From the human T2T-CHM13v2.0 reference genome, Homo sapiens: a DNA stretch of 64,000 bases. The notes under the pieces are model-generated. The model was given only the letters and a program-made list of their open reading frames with translations, made no database searches and was not told the DNA's origin. Positions 1-21,389 of this stretch are shown in pieces. Location: NCBI RefSeq assembly GCF_009914755.1, contig NC_060943.1, one strand, 5' to 3'. The position numbers and the translations under genes are program-made. Position 1 is the stretch's first letter, and each line of letters starts with the position of its first letter.

Positions 1-110
1 GCCAATGAGCAGCAGCAACATCACTGGCTCAGCGCTCCCCAGGAACTATCGCCACGTGGGCGTGGAGCTGGGCGTGGCCTTCTTTTTTCCGTGATTGCCA
101 GCTGGCCCAG
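1..110 (+). promoter_or_regulatory. Putative promoter (CCAAT, E-boxes, GC boxes); candidate upstream NLRP5 promoter inside NLRP8 last intron
   Basis: CCAAT 2-6, CACGTG 53-58, GGGCGTGG 58-65 and 70-77, palindromic GCCAGCTGGC 97-106, followed by donor CTG|GTGAGT at 146/147. Confidence 0.6.
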
Positions 111-146
111 AGCTGGACCTGCTCTTGGTGGTGAGGTGTGAAGCTG
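90..146 (+). other. NLRP5: Putative non-coding first exon of NLRP5 (start approximate)
   Basis: ATG-free, directly after promoter motifs, ends in consensus donor GTGAGT (147-152); inferred partner acceptor at 16917/16918. Confidence 0.5.
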
Positions 147-383
147 GTGAGTATTCCTCCTGTCTTGCTCTCTGCCCTTCCCGCTTTTGTTCTCCACTGC
201 TGATTAGAACCCGCGTATTGAGCTTACTAGGTGCCCCCACCCTCTCCCTTCTGGCTGCTCAAAGCCCAGGACCAAAGGATTCCTTGAAAGAACAAAGTCC
301 AGTTACCCCATTTTGCTGAAAAGATCTTCCTCTAAAACCTCATATTTACTTGGGGTATTTAGGTAAGTCTCTCGTCCTTTTCA

Positions 384-707
<324 letters not shown>

Positions 708-829
708 GTACAGAGTAGGGGGTACTGCAACTTGAATGTCAGGATTAGCTAATGTCTGGTCTGCATTTGGTAGGAGTCCAGAGGGTGTTTTGGTGCTAAT
801 TGTGCAAATACTATGGTTAACCGTAACTT

Positions 830-990
830 AGTTATTGAAATGCCATACAATTCTGACGGTGTTGTTTGTCCTGTTTACCAAGGGAGGAAGCTGAGCCCCA
901 GATAAGTTAAATGGCTTGCCTGGGGTAGAAAGCAGCAAATCATTCAAAGCTGGGTCTGAGACTTCAAGCCCTATAATCTTAACTGCTGCT
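830..990 (-). mobile_element. MIR remnant
   Basis: gaggaagctgagccccagataagttaaatggcttgcc resembles the MIR core. Confidence 0.55.
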
Positions 991-1025
991 TTCTAATCAT
1001 TCAGGACACCTGGGTAGAAAGGTGA

Positions 1026-1268
<243 letters not shown>

Positions 1269-1435
1269 TTGATCAGTTCCCACTCTGACAACTGGCAAAT
1301 ACCGGGCGTTATCATCCTGTATGCATTAACGTACTTTCCCCTGAAACAGAGCAACCCAGTCAACACCACAGAACCTCAGCTTTGAACCCTGGAGTGAGGA
1401 CGGTGATGCCCTGTGTATATTAATATGCTATGTAA

Positions 1436-1796
<361 letters not shown>

Positions 1797-2592
1797 CTAT
1801 ATAAAGTTTAAATGAAATGCTTTGAGTCACCTAAGACAGGATATAGACAAAGTCTTCATCGTCTTCTTGCTTCTTCTACCTTTATTTATTCTCAGCTCTG
1901 AATGTATGAACCTGCTCAATCACCTCATCTTAAAAAAATCACTGTCCCTAGACCATACTCGTTTCCTTACCCACCCCTGAGGCTTTTGTTTTTACAGCCC
2001 TGGTTCACGTCTTGGTCCTCCAGCCCCTTTAAAGGATTGTGTAGAGCGGTAAGGGAAATGTTTAATTCAAATTACGTGTATATAGAAGTGTTTAGATATG
2101 ACAGTCCGAAATTCGTTCTTTCTCAAATAACCTTCCTTCTTAATTTCATTGCCTAAGTTGAGAGTCTTTGTCTTCTGTGTTTTGCTTTCAATTTCCATGT
2201 ATCCAGGTGGTTTATGTTAACTCAGAAGGGGGAGAAAAACCTAGAAAATCTTAATTGTTCTGTGGTCAGGATGTAAGCTTTTAAACATGTGCTCAGAAAT
2301 AAGTATTTTTCCATTTACCAATAGTCAATATTGTCCCTAAATATTTATAGGAATGTGTAGAAAAGCTTATTTTCTTGCTATGGTTCTATTTTGAGCAATA
2401 CAGCACATAAACTTCAATGTTCTATCATCAGTGTTCACGTGTACCTAGTTTTTTGGTCTTCCATGGATGGGTAATTGTAAGAATACCTCAATTGTTTTGA
2501 TGAAATTCATTTATGTCTACTTATCTTCTACTAAAATGATTTTTTAATGGGAGGTACTTTTTAGTATTTGGTGATTTTTGGTGTGTATGTGT

Positions 2593-2871
2593 TAGACAAA
2601 GTCTCCCTCTTTTGCCCAGGCTGTAGTGCAATGGCTGGATCTCTACTCACTGCACCCTCCGCCTCCCAGGTTCAAGCAATTCTGCCTCAGCCTCCCGAGT
2701 AGCTGGGATTACAGGTGCCCGCCACCACGCCCGGCTAATTTTCATATTTTTAGTAGAGACGGGGTTTCCCCATGTTGGCCGGGCTGGTCTCGAACTCCTG
2801 ACCTCAGATGATCCACCCACCTCAGCCTCCCAAAGTTCTGGGATGACAGGCGTGAGCCACTGCGCCCGGCC
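2593..2871 (-). mobile_element. Alu
   Basis: Antisense Alu consensus. Confidence 0.9.
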
Positions 2872-3356
2872 TTTTTCAGTATTAATTTGAAAGAGCAGCA
2901 ATATGAGAAGGTGTGGCGGGAAGTGTGTCCTTCCCTGCCCCCGTAGTGTCTCTTCCCTATTTTCTGCTCATCACCCAAAGACATTCTGCGCACGTGTATG
3001 GCATTAAGAGCCTTACAGATGGGGCAACTTTCTGTGCTGATTGTTGTGCATTTTTAAGGATGCAGGGCACGTTGGTGCTCAAATTAACCCACCTGTTTTT
3101 AATCGACTCCTAAATGGTCTTCAGTCTTGCTGTTTTACACACGGCTGGGTCTAATTGCATTTAAAATGGATAAAGATTGTTAAAGTACCGTCCAAAAAGA
3201 TGGCACCCATTTACACTTCACTAATGTAGGAGCACCTTTTCCTTCACCCATCACAAAGCAGCGTCCAGTCACACATTGTGGACATTGTCAGCCTCACATG
3301 TCAAACGTAGTACATCATTTTGGCTATTTACCTTATCAGTAATAACTTTTTTTTAA

Positions 3357-4316
<960 letters not shown>

Positions 4317-5189
4317 TCCGCTGAGCTGTTGATCATTATCATGGATTGGAAGAGCTGTTTACGTAATGCATTCTTTGTCATGTCTCAAATTTATTTGCAG
4401 CAGTTTTTTCAGCGGGACTTTAAAGATTTGTTTGTTTTTCTGGAGTGAGGAGGGTACTGTATTGAATTAATCTGTCATCTTGTCTCTTTTATACCATTCG
4501 ATTGAGACCTTCTATTCCATTTGCTCATTATTTGGGGGCTAAATGTAAAGTAGGAATTCATGAACATAAATATTTCAAAATTTAGCCCCCGGAAATGGTG
4601 ACCTTCTATCGTAGATGTTAAAGTGCAGCCTAGACATCAACAGAGTGAATATCATTCTTCTTAGAATTTTCTTGTCTAGTTTTGGCTTTTCATAGAAACA
4701 TTGAGTTTCTTGTCCTGATAACAATATCAGCAGTACTTCTTGGATGATATTATACTGATGGAGGATGACTGATGTGTTGGGAATCTGCCTCTGCCTCACC
4801 ACATTGAGCCTTTTATCTAGCAGCCGCATTTTAAAGCTCTCAAAACAGATAGCCACTTTTCTAAATTATGCATGTTTTACCTCTATAGTTGCTGTTCATT
4901 TGATCTCACGTTTAACTGGTTATTAGATTTTGTGTGGGATTTCATAGTTACATTTGTTACCAGCCCAATTTAATAACTACATATAATTTAAAATTGAGTA
5001 ATTTATTAGGCATACATACCTACATACAGATGTTAATTTTCACCTTTTTCCACTTTTATACCTCTTCTTTATCTGATTGCTTTCCTATCAAATATAAATT
5101 AGGTAAATATAAATAATAGTGGAATATCAGATATAAAGAATAGGGAGAGAGTACAAAACTGAACGGAAGTGCTGACAGCTAACATTCTT

Positions 5190-5870
5190 TTTTTACCTTT
5201 TAGTTTTGGGGGTACATGTGAAGGTTTGTTACGTAGGTAAACTTGTGTCATGGGGGTTATACATACTATTTCCTCACCCAGGTTATTAAGCCCAGTACCC
5301 AGTCATTATTTCTTTCTGCTTCTCACCCTCCTCCCACCCTCCACCCTCAGGTAGACCCCAGTATCTGTGGTTCCCCTCTTTGTGTCCATGTGTTCTTATT
5401 TAGCTCCCATTTATAAGTGAGAACATGTGGTAGCTGGTTTTCTGTTCCTGTCTTAGTTTGCTTAGGATGATGGCCCCCAGTTCCATCCATGTTCCCACAA
5501 AAGACATGATCTCATTCTTTTTTATGGCTGCATAGTATTCCATGGTGTACGTGTACCACATTTTCTTTATCCAGTCTGTCCTTGATGGGCATTTAGGTTG
5601 ACTCCATGTCTTTTCTATTGTAAACAGTGCCACGGTGAACATTTGCATGCATGTATCTTTATGGGAGAATGCTTTATATTCCTCTTAGTGTATATACCCA
5701 GTGATGGGATGGCTGGGTCCAACGCTACTGCTTTTAGCTCTTTGAGGAATCTCCACCCTGCTTTCCACAATAGCTGAACTGATTTACACTCCCACCAACA
5801 GTGTATAAGCTTTCCATTTTTTCCTGCAACCTCAGCAGCGTCGGTTTTTTGACTTTTTAATAATGACACG
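5190..5870 (-). mobile_element. L1 3' fragment (ORF2 end and 3'UTR)
   Basis: Minus ORFs match L1 ORF2 C-terminus ([14 protein letters not shown]); TSD taacattctt. Confidence 0.85.
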
Positions 5871-5894
5871 TAACATTCTTATGGGATTCTCTGT

Positions 5895-6090
5895 AGGGCT
5901 TGTGTCAAATCCAGCCCATTGCCCAGTTTTGTAAATAAAGATTTATTGGAACACAGCTTTTCTCCTTTGTTGACAAATTGTCTACAGCTACTTTCCCAGT
6001 GCAGGAGCAGCTAAGCACGGGTGGCAGAGAGCAAATGGCCCCAAAGCCAAAAATGCCTGGCTCCTTCTGGGAGATTTGCTGACCCCTGAT
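5895..6090. mobile_element. hAT-Charlie DNA transposon, MER58-like
   Basis: gtaaataaag...attggaacacagc...tttgctgacccctg hallmark. Confidence 0.6.
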
Positions 6091-6168
6091 CTTTGTCAAA
6101 AATAGATACATTTGCTGCAGTTTTTCCTTTATTTTAGTTGACACATAACTGTACATATTTATGGAGAC

Positions 6169-6460
<292 letters not shown>

Positions 6461-6679
6461 CGAGTGATATTTTGATACCTGTATACAATGTATCATGATC
6501 AAATCAGGGGACTTAGCATATTCATCACCCCAAACATTTGTGTTGTGAACACTCTGTCCTCCCTTCTAGCTTTTTGAGAGTGGACAATAAGTTATAGTTC
6601 ACCATATTCACCTGCGGTGCTGCAGAACACCTGCACCCATTTCTCCCTTCTACCTGTAATCTTAGCACCCATGAGCCAT

Positions 6680-6810
6680 ACTCTCCCCCTCCTCTCCCCC
6701 TCCTCTCCCCCTCCTCTCCCCCTCCTCTCCCCCTCCTCTCCCCCTCCTCTCCCCCTCCTCTCCCCCCTCTCTCCCCCCCCTCCCCCCCTCCCTCCTCTCC
6801 CCTATCCTCT
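6680..6810. repeat. (CCTCTCCCC)n polypyrimidine repeat
   Basis: Directly visible CT-rich tandem repeat. Confidence 0.9.
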
Positions 6811-7521
6811 AATACCCACAATTACATCCCCTACTTCCATAGTCCCATTTGCTCAATTTAACTCCCACATATGAGTAAAATACATTCAGTATTTAGTTTC
6901 CCATGCCTGGTTTATTTTGCTTCACACAATGAACTACAGGCTGTAGCTCTTCATGTGAGCTACAGGCTCATCTGTGTTGTCACAAATGGCAGGATTTTTT
7001 GAAGGCTGAAACATGTTCCCTTGTGTGTGTATACCACGTTTTCTTGATTCATTTGTTGATGGACAGTTAGGTAGATTACATATCTTAGCTATCGTGAATA
7101 GTGGGGTGGTAAACATGAGAGTGCAGACATACCTTTGATATACTTCGGGTAAATCACCAGATCGCTGGATCATAGGGTATTAATCTATTTTCAGTTCTTT
7201 GAGACACTGCTACACTGTTTTCCATAATGGCTGTGCTAATTTACATTTCCACTGACAGTGGAAAGGAGTTTCTTTCTCTGCATCCTTGCCAGCATTTATT
7301 TTTCGTCTTTTTTGATAATAGCCATTCCAACTAGAGGGAAATGCAAATCAAAACCACAGTGAGATTGCGATGATGAGTAATGTTGAATCTTTTTTCGTAT
7401 CTGTTGGTCATTTGGATGTCTTTTGAGAAATGTCTGTTCAGGTTTTTACCCACTTCTTAAATGGATTACTTGGAGTTTTGCTATACAGTTGTTTGAGTTC
7501 CTCATATATTCTGGGTATTAG

Positions 7522-7864
<343 letters not shown>

Positions 7865-8204
7865 GGTTGTCTCTTTACTCTTGGACTATTTCCTTTGCTG
7901 TACAGAAGCTCTTTAGTTGGATGTACTCCTATTGGTCTATTTTTGCTTTTGTTGCCTGTCCTTTTGAAGTCTTAGCCGCAAAATATTTGCCTTGACTTGT
8001 ATTCAGAAGAGCTTTCCCTATGTTTTCTTCTGGTAGTTTTATTATTTCAAGTCTTATGTTTAAGTACTTTATCTTGAGTTGATTTTTATATATGGTGAGA
8101 GACAGGGGTCTAGTTTAATTCTGCATATGGTTATCCCGTTTTCGCAGTACCACCTAGTGAACACAGTGTACTTTCCCTAATCTTGGTGCCTTTGAAAATG
8201 AGTT

Positions 8205-8582
8205 GGATGAGTTCATGCTCTTTGTAGGGACATGGATGAAGCTGGAAACCATCATTCTGAGCAAACTATCGCAAGGACAGAAAACCAAACACCACATGTT
8301 CTCACTCATAGGTGGGAATTGAACAATGAGAACCCTTGGACACAGGGTGGGGAACATCACACACTGGGGCCTGTCCTAGGGTGTGGGGCTGGGGGAGGGA
8401 TAGCATTAGGAGAAATACCTAATGCAAACGATGAGTTCATGGGTGCAGCAAACCAACATGGCACATGTATACCTGTGTAACAAACCTGCACGTTGTGCAC
8501 ATGTACCCTAGAACTTAAAGTATTAAAAAAACTTAAATATTAAAATATTCTAACAAGTCCTGAAAAATACATTAAAAAAGAA
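8205..8582 (+). mobile_element. L1PA 3' end
   Basis: gatgagttcatg...atgtaccctagaacttaaagta plus A tail; TSD gagttgg. Confidence 0.85.
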
Positions 8583-9506
8583 AGAGTTGGCTATAAATAT
8601 ATGGATTTCTGAATTATCTATTCTGTTGGTCTATGTCTGTTTTCATGACAGTGCCATGCTGTTTTGGTTACTATAGCTTTGTGAAGTCAGGTAATATGCC
8701 TCCAGCTTTCTTTTTGCTCAAAATTGTTTGGGCTACTTGGGATCTTTTGTGGTTCTATACAAATATTAGGATTGTTTTTCTATTTCTGTGAAGAATGTCG
8801 TTGGTGTTTTGATAGGGATTGCATTGAATCTGTAGATTGTTTTGGGTAGGATGGCCATTTTAACAACATTCTTCTAATCAGTGAACGTTAGATGTCTCCA
8901 TTTTTATCTATCCTCTTCAATTTTTTTCAGTATTCTGTGGGTTTTACTATAGATATTTCTTACCTCCTTAGTTAAATTTATTTCTAGGTACATTTTTGTA
9001 GCTATTATAAAGGACATTGCTTTCTTTTTCAGCTAGTTCATTATTGGTGTTTAGAAATGCTACTGTTTTTATGTTGATTTTTGCATCATACTGAGTTCAT
9101 TTATTATATAAAAACTTGCATCATACTGAAAAATTTATCCAAAAATCAACATTTTTGTATGTTGATTCTGCAACTTTACTGAATTCCTTTATCAGTTCTC
9201 TGTCTTTTGGTGGGGTCTGTAGGCTTTTCTAAATGAAAGATTATATTGCCTGCAAACATGAACAATCTACTTCTTCTCCAATTTTGATGCCCTTTGTTTC
9301 TTTTTCTTCCCTAATTGCTCTGGCTAAGACTTCCAGTACTGTGTTAAATAGGAGTGGCGGAAGTGGGCACCCTGTGTGCCAGTTCTTAGGGAAAAGGCTT
9401 TCTTCTTTTCCACATTCAGTATAATGCTAGCTGTGGGTTTGTCATACATGGCCTTTATTGTTCTGAGTTATGTTTCTTCTGCGTCTTATCATAAAGGGAT
9501 GTTGAA

Positions 9507-10370
9507 TTTTTTTTTCTTTGTTCATCTTTTCTTTTATACTTTAAGTTCTAGGGTACATGTGCACAACGTGCAGGTTTGTTACATATGTATACATGTGCCC
9601 TGTTGGTGTGCTGCACCCATTAACTCATCATTTACATTAGGTATATCTCCTAATGCTCCCTCCCCCACAACAGTCCCCGGTGCGTGACGTTCCCCTTCCT
9701 GTGTTCAAGTGTTCTCATTGTTCAGTTCCCACCTATGAGTGAGAACATGTGGTGTTTGGTTTTTCGTCCTTGCGATAGTTTGCTCAGAATGATGATTTCC
9801 AGCTTCATCCATGTCCCTACAAGGACATGAAATCATCCTTGTTTATGGCTGCATAGTATTCCATGGTGTATATGTACCACATTTTCTTAATCCAGTCTAT
9901 CACTGATGGACATTTGGGTTGGTTCCAAGTCTTTGCTATTGTGAATAGTGCCACAATAAACATACGTGTGCATGTGTCTTTATAGCAACATGATTTATAA
10001 TCCTTTAGGTATATACCCAGTAATGAGATGGCTGGATCAAATGGTATTTCTAGTTCTAGATCCCTGAGGAATCGCCACACTGACTTCCACAATGGTTGAA
10101 CTAGTTTACAGTCCCACCAACAGCGTAAAAGTGTTTCTATTTCTCCACATCCTCTCTAGCACCTGTTGTTTCCTGACTTTTTAATGATCACCATTCTAAC
10201 TGGTGTGGGATGGTATCTCATTGTGGTTTTGATTTGCATTTCTCTGATGGCCAGTGATGATGAGCATTTTTTCTTGTATCTGTTGGCTATATAAATATCT
10301 TCTTTTGAGAAGTGTCTGTTCATATCCTTTGCCCACTTTTTGATGGGGTTGTTTGTTTTTTTTCTTGTAA
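9507..10370 (-). mobile_element. L1PA 3' fragment
   Basis: ORF2 C-terminal ORFs 9817-10449; TSD atgttga. Confidence 0.88.
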
Positions 10371-10717
10371 ATGTTGATTTTATCAAATGCTTTTTCTGCA
10401 TGTCTTGATGATCGTGTGGTTTTTGTCCTTCAGTCTGCTGATGAACCACCCTTGCAACCCTGAGATGAATCCCACTTCATCATGGGGAATGATCTTTTTG
10501 ATGTGTTCTTAGATTTGGTTACCTAGAATTTTGTCAAAGATTTTTGTATCTATGTTCATGAGAGACGTTGGCCTGTAGTTTTCTTTTTTGTGTGTCCTTT
10601 TCTGGTTTTGGTATCAGGACAATGCTTGGCTCATAGAATGAGGAAGAATTCCCTCCCCTTCAATTCTCGGAATAGTTTGAGAAGAATTGGTATAAGTTCT
10701 GTAAAAGTTTAAAAGGT

Positions 10718-11040
<323 letters not shown>

Positions 11041-11380
11041 ATTAATTTGAAGGATATCTAGTCCTGGTTTGTAAAGTGTTTCTGTTGATACTATTTATAC
11101 ATCCATTGAAGCTATATATTTTTTTATTCTCTGAATGTTGAAGGTAGGGAGCAGGAAGTACTATCTACTCTTATAAATGGTTTTATCATAATCAAAATAA
11201 TCAAAACAACCATGGTAGCATACACACACACAGAAAACATCTTTTCCTGGAGGGTAGGTAGGTTAATGAAAACCTTGCCTCTTTTAATGAAATTAAGTAG
11301 GAATTCCAAAGATTGGATTAGATTTATCTTATCTCAGTCCTGAATTTCAGACATTCTAAAATTATAAAAATATAAGAAAC

Positions 11381-12667
<1,287 letters not shown>

Positions 12668-12809
12668 AGTAGCGTCGTAAGCCTGAGCGCTTGTGTACCG
12701 TGACATACTCTTCTGCTCAGGACGTCTCGGTCTGGCAGGTAGCTTTAGAGCAGGTGGTGTTCAGGGTTCCCATGCATGCTCTGTGCCAGCCCTTCTGACC
12801 GGCTCACTT

Positions 12810-12982
12810 GTTGCTTCACTGAAACCTCACAGTAACCCTTGAAGAGGCAGGTACTCTGATTTCCAGCTTCCAGAGGAGAGCCCAGCCTTCGATGTTCAGT
12901 TACTTTCCATGGGGATGTTACCATGAAGGTTGCAGGAGGACTTGAACTTGGAGCTGCTGCTCTGCTCTCAGCATCACCACGT
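12810..12982 (-). mobile_element. MIR remnant overlapping canonical NLRP5 exon 1
   Basis: cctcacagtaacccttgaagaggcaggtact...cagaggagag...gttcagttacttt...ggacttgaact aligns by eye to the MIR core. Confidence 0.6.
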
Positions 12983-12984
12983 GC
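12923..12984 (+). CDS. NLRP5: NLRP5 canonical coding exon 1 (MKVAGGLELGAAALLSASPRA)
   Basis: accATG at 12923; matches N-terminus of the canonical 1200-aa NLRP5; weak donor GC|GTCGAC; lies within a MIR remnant. Confidence 0.7.
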
Positions 12985-13185
12985 GTCGACAGCCTCTTAG
13001 AGTTACCTATGAGGAAACCGACCCTCAGCCTTGGTACCATGACACACGGATCGAATCCCCTGCCCTCGCTGCTGTCTGCTGCAATGTTATTAGCAATCCG
13101 TTGCAGCAGAACACTCCCCGGGGTAGAAAGAAAGTGAAAGAATGCAGGAAAAAGCCTATTACTTCTCCAGGGAGGTGGTCAACCC

Positions 13186-14540
<1,355 letters not shown>

Positions 14541-15632
14541 CACCACAGCTTATTGAATAGATTTTAGCTACCATGACATTTCTAGGCTCTTGTCTCCCAC
14601 CTCTACCCTCCTTTAAATATTTTCTTCTGTGTATTTTATAATTTATCTTCTGACTCTCCTAATTACTTGAAGTAATCTCAGCAAGCCCATCTTAAAACTT
14701 TCCCATGGAAAGAATGGTAGGCAGAAGGAAAGACGGGGGCTAAATACTGGGGACAACTTTGTCCCTGCAGGTCAAGGGAGTATAAAGCAGGTGCCCTGTC
14801 TAAGCAAGCAGAGCCAAAAATCCGTGTTAACAGAAACCCTACAGGCTGATTTTTACTTTGGTGGGATGCTTCCAGTTCCAGGGAGGTGACATGACAGGAC
14901 TTTACTGTGTATCTGCAAGTTTAGCTCAAAAACTATAAATGTACAGATGTCAAGCAAGGGTGATCTCACACCAATACCGCCCCTCAGACAATGACAAGCT
15001 GCTGTCTACCTGAGTCTTTAAAATGTTTTATTACATGGTATTCCTTCGATTGCTTTGTCATCTACCACAAAGTAATGGTGGGGGGAAAGGAGATTTGCTC
15101 AAACTGGCCAACCAGTACTGGCTGTCACTATTTATAGGGCTCTTATAATGACAAGAAAAAAGGAAATTTGAGAGATTTAGGAATTATTCCTGGGGCCTTA
15201 TAACAACTGCTACATTTCAATGTCATCATAGACCAGGCTTCTAGACAACTCGGGGAGGTAATTGATAGCAGAGGTCCTGGACGTGCACCTATAAAATGAG
15301 TTAGCAGGTAGGGATAGAATTGGTCCTGATGGTGATTTACGACATTAATCTTTTCATGTGCTCATTAGCCATTTGCATAGCTTCTTTGGAGAAATGGATA
15401 TTCAGACCCTTTGCCCATATTAAATTGGATCGTCTCCCTTTTAGTGTATGTATATTATCTAGATATAAATCCCTTATCAGATATGACTTTTAAGTATTCA
15501 GCAGTTTATTTTTACACCAAAACTGTTTACTGTGTTTATGGAACCTGATGTTAACAGGTGTAACAGAAATCAACTGATCTAAGAACCCTGTAACTGGTTA
15601 TTAGTAACTGGTAGGAATCTATTTGCCAGAGG

Positions 15633-16666
<1,034 letters not shown>

Positions 16667-16897
16667 CTAAGAGCATCTGTGGCATGCATGTCCAATTTTA
16701 TTCTAAGATGCTGTTTGGGAACTAAGGGTACAGACAACAAAATGTCCCAGCACTGATGTCTAGTAATAGGATAAACAGATATTGTGGCAACAAATGCTTC
16801 GTCCATGAAGAATTGAAAAGAGAAGGCCGTTCATCTAGTGAGGTGATTGATGTTAGTTGTATCTACTTGAGAATTTGCTGCAAGATCCTCTTTTAAG

Positions 16898-17277
16898 TCT
16901 TGTCACTCTTTCCACAGGTCCTACTTGCTCTATATTACCAAAGAATCCACTTTTCCCCCAAAACCTGAGCTCTCAGCCTTGTATCAAGATGGAAGGAGAC
17001 AAATCGCTCACCTTTTCCAGCTACGGGCTGCAATGGTGTCTCTATGAGCTAGACAAGGAAGAATTTCAGACATTCAAGGAATTACTAAAGAAGAAATCTT
17101 CAGAATCGACCACATGCTCTATTCCACAGTTTGAAATCGAGAATGCCAATGTGGAATGTCTGGCACTCCTCTTGCATGAGTATTATGGAGCATCGCTGGC
17201 CTGGGCTACGTCCATTAGCATCTTTGAAAACATGAACCTGCGAACCCTCTCGGAGAAGGCACGGGATGACATGAAAA
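16898..17277 (+). CDS. NLRP5: NLRP5 exon 2, pyrin domain (alternative acceptor 16918; Met52 ATG at 16989)
   Basis: ttttaag|T acceptor, A|GTAAGC donor; [36 protein letters not shown] signature. Confidence 0.95.
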
Positions 17278-17916
17278 GTAAGCGAGACTTGGGACAAGTC
17301 TAGGGCAGGGAGGGGAGGTGATTTCAGGTTCTCATGGGAACAGGGAAGAATCGTTGTTCAGTAACCGGCTCCACCTCTGCAGTGTGAGTCTGAGCTGTGA
17401 GAAGGATCTCATTGGTCATCGTCATTGGTTGGAAATTAGTGTAGTCTCTAGCCTGTAAAATAATGGAGGAGGGAGAAATGGGTAGACAACGGCTCCACCC
17501 ACATGGACTTCATTGAAGTTAATAGGATTTGGGTTGTAAGTGCTAAGCTTGAGCTCTGGCGCTATCACGGGTCGGTTGTGAGACTTCGGGCATGTCTCCT
17601 TCTGTTCTGACCCTTGGATCCCACATCTTGGAACAGGAAATGTGTTACTGTGTGTGCCATTGCAAAAGTTCAATAATGTGTAATGCATAGGAAGTGGCTA
17701 AGAACCTCATTGGTTGATAACATTGGTAGTGGTTTGGTGCGAGTCTCGTGCTTGGCCGTGGGATGAAGGACTGAGGTTCCAGGTGCTCATCTGAGGCTTG
17801 GACTTTCTTGGGCTATTGGTGTCCGTAGTGCAGCAAGAATTCGGATCAGATTCTATGATTATTTTAGGGTACTTAGGAGAAAGGTCATTTAGAAAATAGC
17901 AGTTCTTTTTTATCTA

Positions 17917-18850
<934 letters not shown>

Positions 18851-19269
18851 TCCGTGACCTGGATGCAGCTCAGCAGCATTAGCTGCAAAACGCTTCAAGG
18901 GCTCTCTCTCCTGAGCTTGGAAAAAAGGCCCAGTGTGGAGGGCATGTGGGTATTATTCCCAGGAAGAGAGTGCATAAAAATGAGAGCTAGGGTTTATCAA
19001 GTCAGCACTGCACTGAAACTGTCATGTCCCCACCATCTGACTCTCAACCCCACCCAGTGAAATGGGTTCCCTATGGCTGAAGCTGTGATAGAGGATCTTA
19101 CAAGATACATAACTTGACCAACTTCATGGGCTAATAAGTGGCAAAGATGAGATTGATTGTTTAACATTCATCTACCGTGGCATATGTTTAAATTCTCATA
19201 TGTCTAGTGTCAGAGATTTGCAGTTTTCCATGAGGTAGAGAGAAAGAAATGGGCAACTTTAAAAATGAA

Positions 19270-20607
<1,338 letters not shown>

Positions 20608-20973
20608 CTAGAAGGAGTAAGCTTTAGGCTGAGATAAACAAAGAAGAGGAGTTGGCGGAGTTGCCTGAGCATGGTAGAGAAAAACATTCTGAGCATAAAG
20701 TCAGGGCATCCCAAAGCCTTTAACAGAGGGTTTGGCTGGGCCACGGAGAATGAGCAGGAGGTGAAGACGGAGGGACTAGAAGTCAGATAACATGGCATCT
20801 TGAAAATACTTGTAATAGCAAGTAGAAGCAATTACATAGTTTGAAAGGGGTGGTAATAGAAATCATCAAACTTTCCTTTCAGCACTGTTGCAAAAGTGTT
20901 GAGTGACCCAGAGGGGATTGTGGAATAAACACAGGGAGACGAGTTTGAGGTCTTTCTACTGTCCATGAGATAA

Positions 20974-21389
<416 letters not shown>

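Noticed and set aside
95-319. 74-aa ORF over the candidate first exon
   Set aside because: Starts at TTG rather than ATG and crosses a splice donor; no homology recognised
4575-4856. 93-aa minus-strand ORF in apparently unique DNA
   Set aside because: HQYNIIQEVLL resembles degenerate L1 ORF2 (LLFNIVLEVLA); likely ancient L1 remnant
14770-14800. TATAAA followed by CAGGTG as an alternative promoter
   Set aside because: Isolated motifs with no convincing downstream donor or other promoter elements
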